The notes under the pieces: model-generated
Told to the model about the DNA's origin: nothing
The model's input: the letters and a program-made list of their open reading frames with translations, nothing else
Database searches by the model: none
Program-made: the position numbers and the translations under genes
Assembly: GCA_039589315.1 (NCBI GenBank)
Contig: JBDHHQ010000063.1
Coordinates: 1 to 33,787 of the forward strand
Origin: Gemmatimonadota bacterium
GTDB taxonomy: Bacteria; Gemmatimonadota; Gemmatimonadetes; Longimicrobiales; Gaopeijiaceae
Length of the DNA stretch: 33,787 nt
Direction: 5' to 3'
In this document: positions 7,966 through 15,359 of the stretch, one piece after another
How the letters are laid out: each line of letters begins with the position of its first letter
How positions within the stretch are numbered: position 1 is the first letter of the stretch

Positions 7966-9216
7966 ATGAACTGGCGAAGGATCGGTCTCGAGCTCGTGAC
8001 TTTCGTCGTCCTGCTCGCCGCGCCTGGGTTGGGCCAGGAGACGCCCGTTGTCCTCCAGGCTGCCCGCGTTCTCGACGGACGCGGCGCCGTCATCGAGAAC
8101 GCCAACATCGTGGTCCAGAACGGCCGAATCGTCGAGGTGGCACCGGGCGCCACGGTGGAGGGGGCGCTGAGGGTGGACCTTCGTGGCTACACGGTCATGC
8201 CCGGCATGATCGACGTCCACGTCCACATCGGGAACCACTTCGAAGCGGCCACGAACCACATTCCGGGACCGGACAGCGACGAGTCGCCGGCGGAGATCGC
8301 GCTCTACGGGGTGGAAAACGCCTACCATACGCTCATGGCGGGCTTCACAACCGTCCAGAGCATGGGGTCCCCCTCGGACATCCCGCTGAGGGACGCCATC
8401 GCCAGAGAGAACCTCCCGGCCTCCAGGGTCCTGACCTCGATTCGCTGGGTCAGCGACGGGACCCCGGAGGAGCTGCGGCAACAGGTCAGAGAGGTCGCGT
8501 CGGCCGGGGCGGACCTGATCAAGCTCTTCGCCTCGGGTAGCCTCCGCATCGGAGCGCCGCCGACGATGACGCAGGAACAGCTCGACGCGGCCTGCGACGA
8601 GGCGAGCCGTCTGGGACTTCGGACCGCGGTCCACGCGCACGGACCAGTGAGCGCCCAGCGGGCCTCCAAAGCCGGATGCACGGTGATCGAGCACGGAGCC
8701 TTCCTGGACCGTGAGTCTTTGGAGATCCTCGCCGCGAATGGGACGTACTTCTCACCGAACATCTACCTGGTGTCCGAGAACTACCTCACCAACCAGGACA
8801 AGTTCATCGGGGTGGGGAACTACACCGAGGACGGGTTCCGTCGCACGCGGGAGTCCATTCCGGTGAAGCTGGCCATGTTCAAGGAGGCGCTCCAGGTCGA
8901 GGGACTCAAGATCCTCTTCGGCACAGATGGTGTCGCGGGATCGCACGGCAGGCAGGAGGTAGAGCTGGTCTACCGGGTCGAGGAGGCCGGTCAGGATCCG
9001 ATGGCCGCGATCGTGAGTGCCACGTCGCTGGCTGCAGAGTCGCTCGACATGGACGACCGCATCGGGGCCATCGCGCCGGGAATGGAGGCGGACATCATCG
9101 CCGTTGCCGGTGACCCGTCGCAGGACATTCGCGCCGTGCGCCACGTCCGCTTCGTCATGAAGGGTGGACGGATCTACAAGAACCTGCCTCCGTCGGGCGC
9201 GGCGGCGACGCACTGA
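7966..9216 (+). CDS. Exported metal-dependent amidohydrolase (Xaa-Pro dipeptidase/carboxypeptidase-like), ~416 aa
   Basis: ATG after ggag. Signal peptide MNWRRIGLELVTFVVLLAAPGLG-Q. Motifs MPGMIDVHVH, GFTTVQS, IKLF, HAHG, IEHG, FGTDG, ADIIAVAGDP. Paralog of the 1-1122 gene. Confidence 0.92.
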   Translation: MNWRRIGLELVTFVVLLAAPGLGQETPVVLQAARVLDGRGAVIENANIVVQNGRIVEVAPGATVEGALRVDLRGYTVMPGMIDVHVHIGNHFEAATNHIPGPDSDESPAEIALYGVENAYHTLMAGFTTVQSMGSPSDIPLRDAIARENLPASRVLTSIRWVSDGTPEELRQQVREVASAGADLIKLFASGSLRIGAPPTMTQEQLDAACDEASRLGLRTAVHAHGPVSAQRASKAGCTVIEHGAFLDRESLEILAANGTYFSPNIYLVSENYLTNQDKFIGVGNYTEDGFRRTRESIPVKLAMFKEALQVEGLKILFGTDGVAGSHGRQEVELVYRVEEAGQDPMAAIVSATSLAAESLDMDDRIGAIAPGMEADIIAVAGDPSQDIRAVRHVRFVMKGGRIYKNLPPSGAAATH

Positions 9217-9223
9217 AGACGTC

Positions 9224-10432
9224 GTGTTGTCCTCCCGGCCCCGGCTAGGCGGGTCTTCAGCTCGGACACTCGTCACCACGCTGTGTATCTTGGGGCTCGG
9301 TCTCTCCAGTCCCGCCCGAGGGCAGGAGCTGGCCCTGGTGGCCGGGGGTGACGTCGAGTGGTCGCGGATCGTCAGCCACCCCGACGTCTTCTGGGATCCG
9401 CCCGAGGTCGAGGAGGGCGACTGGCATCGGATTCCGTATCTGAACCGACCAGAAGCGCGCGGGTTCTTTAAGGAAGCGGGTCAGACGGTGGAATCGCCGG
9501 AAGATCATCATCTCGCCGCGGAACGATTCGATCTGTCCTTCGACACGCGTGAAGCCGACGCGCGGTACCCGCTCGAGAAGCTGGCTCCGGTATTCCGATC
9601 GGCCGACGTGGCTTACGTCAACCTGGAGATGCCGCTCTCGGATCGCGCCCGTCGAAGCGGGGCGTTCCGGGGTCCCACGTCCTTCGCCGCCGGTCTCGCG
9701 TGGGCCGGGGTGGACGTGGTCTCCACGGCCAACAACCACGCCCTGGACGCCGAGGGCGTCGGACTGCTCGACACGGTGGAGGCCCTGAAAGAAGCGGGGG
9801 TGGCCTCCGTTGGTACCGGGCCGTCGATCGCCGAGGCCCGGGCTCCGTTCATCACCGAGGCCAACGGCGTGCGCGTGGCCTTCCTCGCGTACGCCAGCTA
9901 TGGCAATGCGGGCACGTCGGCGTTCGCTACCGAGGACAGGTCGGGGATGGCGCCCCTTGATCCTCTGCTGATCGCTCAGGATATCGAGCGCGTTCGTGCG
10001 GAGGTCGACCACGTCGTCCTGTCGTTTCATTGGGGCCTCGAGAACACCAACTTCACCCACCCCGACGCCGTGCCGTTCGCCCGTGCCATGCTCGATGCGG
10101 GAGCCCGTGTGATCCTGGGTCACGGCCCGCATCTTCCGCAGGCCCTCGAGCTACGGGACGGGAAGCTGATCGCCTACTCCATGGGCAACCTGATCTTCGG
10201 TCACGGCCACGATTACTGGGGGGACAACCTCCTGTTGCGGATCGTTCTCGGGCGTTCCAGCGTCCTCCGGGTCGAGGCGATGCCAGTGGCCGGCACCGGG
10301 TCGGAGGTGGGACAGCCGTTCGTGCTCACCGGCCCCCGCGCCCAGCGGCTGCTCGAAGAGATCCGTTCCGCTTCTGCGGCATTGGGGACGACGATGACGA
10401 TCGAGGGCGACGTAGGAGTGATCCGGCCCTGA
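9224..10432 (+). CDS. Exported CapA/PGA_cap-family metallophosphoesterase-like protein (~402 aa)
   Basis: Motifs AGGDV, YVNLE, ANNHALD, SFHWG, GHGPH, YSMGN. Signal-like N-terminus ending PARG-Q. Start uncertain (GTG 9224 or TTG 9227). Confidence 0.88.
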   Translation: MLSSRPRLGGSSARTLVTTLCILGLGLSSPARGQELALVAGGDVEWSRIVSHPDVFWDPPEVEEGDWHRIPYLNRPEARGFFKEAGQTVESPEDHHLAAERFDLSFDTREADARYPLEKLAPVFRSADVAYVNLEMPLSDRARRSGAFRGPTSFAAGLAWAGVDVVSTANNHALDAEGVGLLDTVEALKEAGVASVGTGPSIAEARAPFITEANGVRVAFLAYASYGNAGTSAFATEDRSGMAPLDPLLIAQDIERVRAEVDHVVLSFHWGLENTNFTHPDAVPFARAMLDAGARVILGHGPHLPQALELRDGKLIAYSMGNLIFGHGHDYWGDNLLLRIVLGRSSVLRVEAMPVAGTGSEVGQPFVLTGPRAQRLLEEIRSASAALGTTMTIEGDVGVIRP

Positions 10433-10463
10433 TCGTCCCGCTCGATGCACCCAGGGTGGCGCC

Positions 10464-12830
10464 GTGAGCTCCTCGCTCGAAGACCGCACGACGGGCGCCA
10501 GAACGAACGGGCGCCGTGGAGCTGGCCGCTGGATGATCCCGGGAGCCGCCGGCGCGTTGGCCGTGGTCGCGCTCGCGTCGTCCGCCTCCGATGTGCGGCC
10601 GATCCAAACGTCCCGTGGCCAGTCGGAAGAGGCGCCGCAGTTCGTGGGCTCCGAGGCCTGTGCCGAATGCCACGAGGTCGAGTGGGAGCGGTGGCGGGGG
10701 TCGACCCACGGCCGAGCCGGCGGGCCCGCCACGGCCGAGACCGTCATCGCTCCCTTCGACGGTTCGCCGATCCAGCTCGCCGACGCCCGGGTGATACCCC
10801 GCGTGACGGGTGAGGGCGAGTACCAGTTCCTCGTGGAACGGCCCGGTCGAGACGCCGTGATCTACTCGGTGGACGGAGTCGTGGGCCGGGGCCACATGGT
10901 CGGCGGAGGCACCCAGGGCTTCGTGAGTCGATTCGTGGACGGGACCATTCGCTTTCTGCCCTTCGACTGGAGCCGGAGCGAGAACACCTGGTTCTGCAAC
11001 ACCGGTGCGATCGAGGGCTGGTGGACCGCCAGCCGACTGGCGTCGCTTCGCCCCGCAGTAGGCTGGGTACCCATCACCCAGGAGACCCGACTCACCGACT
11101 GCGGAGACTGGCCCCCGATCCGGATCCTGGGCACCGACTTCCGCTTCGCGAACTGCCAGGGGTGCCACGGCAGCCAGATTCGTGCGCTCTTCCGCCCGGG
11201 GGAGGGGTACGAGACGGAAGTAGCCAGCTACACCGTCAATTGCGAGTCCTGCCACGGCCCCGGTGGGGAGCACGTCCAGTGGGCCGTGGAAGGCGCCCTC
11301 GGTCGCGATATGGGGCTGGGCCTCGTCACCCTGGCGGCTCCGAGCGAGGACGAGTCGCTGGAGACGTGCTTTCAGTGCCACGCCCTGAAGCGGGCCTTGC
11401 GAGAGGACTATCTGCCCGGCGACGACTTTGCGGAGGCCTACTCGCTGCTCCTTCCGCTGGTGGGCGACCGCCCCTTCAAGCCGGACGGGCGCGTGGCGTT
11501 GTTCGCCTACCAGCTCAATCACGTCGCGAGCGCATGCTACCTCGATGGGAACATGACGTGCACGGACTGTCACGACCCGCACAGCCAGAGCTACCGGGAT
11601 CCGTCTGGATCGCCGCTTCCGGGCCGCTTCGACGACGGCCAGTGTACCGCCTGTCACGCGAGCAAGGCCACGGAGCCCTCTCGCCATACGCGGCATGCGG
11701 ACGAGTCGGAAGGCAGCCGGTGCGTGGCGTGCCACATGCCGTACCTCCAGCAGCCTCAGCTGGGTGAGCAGATCCGCTACGCGCGGTCGGATCACACGAT
11801 CCCGATCCCCCGGCCGGCGTTCGACGCTTCCCTCGGTGTGGAAAACGCCTGCGTACAATGCCATGAGGACCAGAGTATCGAGGAGCTCGAGGTCCACACC
11901 CGGGAGTGGTGGGGCGAGATGAAGCCACACGACGCGGCGGTGCGGGGCCTGTTGGAGGCGGAGAGCGGCACCGCAGCCGAGGCAGCAACCGGACCCCAGC
12001 TGATCGCGGCTCTGGATCCTCCCAGGCCCCACCCGATGGTCCAGATGGCCGCCCTCAATCTGCTGTCCGAGGGAATCCGACCCGACAGCGGGGTCTCGGC
12101 TGAAACGCGGAGGGCGCTCGAGCGGTTGGCTGGCCAGAGCAACCTCGACCTCCGGGCCGTGGCGTTGGCCACGCTCCACATCGCGGCGGGGTCGGAGACG
12201 GAGGTTCGAAGTGTCCTGGCGGGTCACCTCGCCGAGGTCGACTCGGCGGGTGAAGCACTCCGTGCGCGTTGGGTCGCGGCCCTCGGGTTCATCGGCGAGC
12301 CCCGCAGGCAGCGGGGAGAGATCGTCGACGCGCTGTTGATCTTCCGCAAGGCGCTCGAGGTCGATCCGGAGAGCACGATGGCGCTCAACAGCATGGCGAC
12401 GATGCTGGCCAGGGCGGGCGATCCCGAGGGGGCGGTCGACTACCTGCAGGCCAGCCTATCTGCCGACTCCGTACAACCGGTCGCCTGGGTCAACCTGGGG
12501 ATCGCCCTCGAGGAGCTGGGAGCGCTGCAGGATGCCGAATCAGCCTATCAGCGCGCCATCGACCTCTTTCCCCACGAACCTCTCGCACACATGAACCTCG
12601 GCAATCTCCGACTGAGGGAAGGGAACTTCGACCAGGCGGCCCTTCGCTACAGAGCCGCGCTGGCCACGGATCCCGGTCTGGCCCGGGCACACCTGTACCT
12701 CGGACTCGCCTATCTCAACCTGGGTCGCGAGGACCAGGCCGAGAAGGAGCTGCGGAGCGCCCTCGAGTTCGCGCCCGACGACGTCGACGCGCAGCGCCTT
12801 CTCCGCGAGCTGCGGGAGGGGCGGCCATGA
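10464..12830 (+). CDS. Octaheme c-type cytochrome fused to C-terminal helical/TPR repeats
   Basis: Eight CxxCH motifs: CAECH, CQGCH, CESCH, CFQCH, CTDCH, CTACH, CVACH, CVQCH (10659-11864). TPR repeats such as AWVNLGIALEELG...AYQRAI and AHMNLGNL. N-terminal hydrophobic signal. Start GTG 10464 or ATG 10533. Confidence 0.92.
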   Translation: MSSSLEDRTTGARTNGRRGAGRWMIPGAAGALAVVALASSASDVRPIQTSRGQSEEAPQFVGSEACAECHEVEWERWRGSTHGRAGGPATAETVIAPFDGSPIQLADARVIPRVTGEGEYQFLVERPGRDAVIYSVDGVVGRGHMVGGGTQGFVSRFVDGTIRFLPFDWSRSENTWFCNTGAIEGWWTASRLASLRPAVGWVPITQETRLTDCGDWPPIRILGTDFRFANCQGCHGSQIRALFRPGEGYETEVASYTVNCESCHGPGGEHVQWAVEGALGRDMGLGLVTLAAPSEDESLETCFQCHALKRALREDYLPGDDFAEAYSLLLPLVGDRPFKPDGRVALFAYQLNHVASACYLDGNMTCTDCHDPHSQSYRDPSGSPLPGRFDDGQCTACHASKATEPSRHTRHADESEGSRCVACHMPYLQQPQLGEQIRYARSDHTIPIPRPAFDASLGVENACVQCHEDQSIEELEVHTREWWGEMKPHDAAVRGLLEAESGTAAEAATGPQLIAALDPPRPHPMVQMAALNLLSEGIRPDSGVSAETRRALERLAGQSNLDLRAVALATLHIAAGSETEVRSVLAGHLAEVDSAGEALRARWVAALGFIGEPRRQRGEIVDALLIFRKALEVDPESTMALNSMATMLARAGDPEGAVDYLQASLSADSVQPVAWVNLGIALEELGALQDAESAYQRAIDLFPHEPLAHMNLGNLRLREGNFDQAALRYRAALATDPGLARAHLYLGLAYLNLGREDQAEKELRSALEFAPDDVDAQRLLRELREGRP

Positions 12831-13201
12831 ATCGTGCCTGGCGCGGGGCGCTGGTTCTCTTGGCCGCGGTCGGCACGATGGCATGCGTCGAGGGAATCGT
12901 GAGCGGAGGGCGGCCGCTCAGCATCGAGCTGACCGCGACTCCCACGCGCACGACCGTCGGAGACTCGGTGGAATTCGCGGTAGAGGCGTCGGGCGTGAAC
13001 CTCATCATTCTCCGGCTGGCTTTCGGAGACGGCGCAACGGACTCGCTGGCCGCACAAGGCGCCGTGGGCGCCACGCTCAAGCGGAAGCACGCCTACGACG
13101 AACCGGGCCCATACGTGGCCTCGGCGTCGGTCCTCGACGTCTCGGACAGTGGCCTGATCACGGTCGCGGATTCGGTGATCGTCGAGATCGTTCCGCGCTG
13201 A
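12827..13201 (+). CDS. Small PKD/Ig-like domain lipoprotein (~124 aa)
   Basis: ATGA overlap with the cytochrome stop. Signal and lipobox VGTMAC. PKD-like LAFGDGATD...KHAYDEPGPYVAS. Confidence 0.75.
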   Translation: MNRAWRGALVLLAAVGTMACVEGIVSGGRPLSIELTATPTRTTVGDSVEFAVEASGVNLIILRLAFGDGATDSLAAQGAVGATLKRKHAYDEPGPYVASASVLDVSDSGLITVADSVIVEIVPR

Positions 13202-13297
13202 GTCGAGATCTTGCCCTGCCCAGCCAAGGTCGATTCCCGCCGCGTCGAGGCCCACTCGCCCTGAGCGGAGGTCACTCCCCGTTGAATCGACCCGCGC

Positions 13298-15055
13298 CTA
13301 CCTCATGGCGCGCTCCACCGCCGCCGCCGCATTCACGATGCCACCCGTGGCGGAGAGCTCACCGAACGGCACGGTCTCCTCCGGCGCCCCCGGCCTGGCC
13401 ACCACGTTCGCTCCCACGTCCGTGGCCGTCTCCAGGATGATGGCGCGGACCTCGGCAGCAGACAGTTCCGGGAAGTAGGCCATGAGCATCCCCGCAATGC
13501 CGCTCACGACCGGTGCGGCGACGCTGGTGCCATCGCTGGGCGAATAGTCGTTTCCTGGCGAGGCCGCGTAGATGGCTACGCCCGGGGCGAAGACGTGCAC
13601 CTGGGCCGCGCCGTAGTTGCTGAAGCTGGCGGCGAGGCTATCGGCGCCCTGCCACCCGGACGCGCCCACCTCGACCCAGAGCTCGGCCGTGCCCCTATCC
13701 CCATGTCGGTGTTCGGGATAGTTGTAGCCTTCGCTCAGGTCACGGCCGTCGTTGCCGGAGGCATGGACCAGCAGCACGCCCCGCTCTTCGGCGTATTGGA
13801 TCGCGTCCTCCACGACGTCCCTCCACGGAGAATAGTCCTTGCCGAAGCTCATATTGATGATGTGCGCCCCATTGTCCACGGCGTACCGGATCGCGTTGGC
13901 CACGTCCTTGTCCCGCTCGTCGCCGTTGGGTACCGCCCGGATCGCCATGATACGGATGCCGTCGCCGGCTCCGTCGAGGCCGATGCCGTTGTTCCGCTCC
14001 GCGGCGACGACGGACGCGACGGAGGTTCCGTGGCTCGGATCCGGGCCCGCCACATCCGGGTTTCCATACGCCCGTTGGGCAAGGTCCTCGTAGTCGTCCC
14101 CGACGATGGGTCGTGGGTCGAAACCAGTGTCCAGCCCGAACTCCAGACGTCCCCGTACGGACTCTCCCTCCCTTGCCAGGACCGTCTCGTCGATCCCGGC
14201 GGAGGCCAGCTGAAGGTAGATACCGCGGGCTTGGACGAGCTGCGGGTCGAGGGGGGCGAGCTCCGTGACGTTCTGGATCGTGGGCTCCGTTCCGAGGGCC
14301 CTCCGGAGCAGCTGCACCACGACCGGATAGATCTGCTCGATCTGCGTGATCTGCTCGGCCAACTCCGTCATCTCCACCACCTCGGCCGCGTGCGCCTCGG
14401 CCACCTCGGCGCAGAGGTCATCGTCGGGCCGAGGCGTCCCGTTGCCGGCAGCCTCACCGAGGCAGGCGCCGTGCAGGCGGGTGACCTCGTACGTGTCGAA
14501 GTTGACGCTCTCGCCGGTCACCCCTCCGAGGAAGTTCCACCCATTGATGTCGTCCGTGAACCCGTTCTCGTCGTCGTCGACGCCGTTGCCCGGCAGCTCG
14601 CCCCGGTTGGTCCAGAGGACGTTCTCGATGTCCTCGTGCTCGGTGTCCACACCGCCATCGATCACCGCCACGATCACCTCGCGGGCCGGGGACCGCCCGT
14701 CCAGCAGCTCGTACGCCTCGTCGATGCCGGCGCCCGGGACTCCGTCGACCAGGGTCGCATACCACCACCGGTCGGGGGCGGAGCGCGGCGCTGGCGGCTC
14801 GTGGGGTGGAGCGGCGGGCTCAGCGTTTGGGTTGGCCGGGGGTGCCGGCTCGGTGGGGGGCGGCGCATCGACAGCGGCCGGGTCGGCGGGCCGGTCGGCA
14901 GGCTCCGCCGGGCCAGGATCGGCGGGCTGAACGACGGTCGTGGCGGTAGGCTGGTCGTCCAGGGGCGGGGTGGGCCGAGAGTCGGCTTCGGGCCCGGAGG
15001 AGGCGCAGCCGGCACAGAACACGGCCGCGGCAACGGCAGGGAGAATACGGTACAT
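13298..15055 (-). CDS. S8 (subtilisin-family) serine protease lipoprotein
   Basis: Lipobox FCAGC and a Pro-rich linker. Catalytic Asp VAVIDGGVD, His HGTSVAS, oxyanion ASGN, Ser DGTSVAAP. Ca-loop insert PGNGVDDDENGFTDDINGWNF; RAVPNGDERDKDVANAIRYAVDNGA. Confidence 0.93.
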   Translation of the reverse strand: MYRILPAVAAAVFCAGCASSGPEADSRPTPPLDDQPTATTVVQPADPGPAEPADRPADPAAVDAPPPTEPAPPANPNAEPAAPPHEPPAPRSAPDRWWYATLVDGVPGAGIDEAYELLDGRSPAREVIVAVIDGGVDTEHEDIENVLWTNRGELPGNGVDDDENGFTDDINGWNFLGGVTGESVNFDTYEVTRLHGACLGEAAGNGTPRPDDDLCAEVAEAHAAEVVEMTELAEQITQIEQIYPVVVQLLRRALGTEPTIQNVTELAPLDPQLVQARGIYLQLASAGIDETVLAREGESVRGRLEFGLDTGFDPRPIVGDDYEDLAQRAYGNPDVAGPDPSHGTSVASVVAAERNNGIGLDGAGDGIRIMAIRAVPNGDERDKDVANAIRYAVDNGAHIINMSFGKDYSPWRDVVEDAIQYAEERGVLLVHASGNDGRDLSEGYNYPEHRHGDRGTAELWVEVGASGWQGADSLAASFSNYGAAQVHVFAPGVAIYAASPGNDYSPSDGTSVAAPVVSGIAGMLMAYFPELSAAEVRAIILETATDVGANVVARPGAPEETVPFGELSATGGIVNAAAAVERAMR

Positions 15056-15117
15056 CCGGGCTGTCCTCGCGGCGATGCGATGTCAGTGGTGGCGATAAGG
15101 GACGGGATTGTGCCACG

Positions 15118-15146
15118 AGCCTAGGAGGCGGCGAGGGGACGCGCAA
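15118..15146 (-). promoter_or_regulatory. Putative sigma70 promoter of the S8 protease
   Basis: Minus strand TTGCGC, 17-bp spacer, TAGGCT. Confidence 0.4.
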
Positions 15147-15359
15147 GCGAGGCGTGGAGGGCGGGTCCGGCGGTGCTGTACTCTCCCGGTGTTCTGCCTG
15201 GGCCTTCGAGCACCGGACCAAGGGAGGGCGGTCGATGTCGCTTCGCTCAATGGCGGTCGCGTTCCTGAAGCTCTAGCGGGACCTCTGCACCACGACGCCA
15301 GGCGCGGCGGATGGAGAGCGAGGACCGCGGCGACCGGACAGCGCCTGAAGCCAGCCCGG

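Noticed and set aside
9224..10432. Poly-gamma-glutamate capsule biosynthesis locus
   Set aside because: capB and capC are absent from the window; the CapA domain alone is not diagnostic.
10464..12830. Porin-cytochrome (MtrAB-like) conduit or hydroxylamine oxidoreductase
   Set aside because: No MtrB-like barrel gene adjacent, and the heme spacing plus TPR tail do not match those families as I know them.
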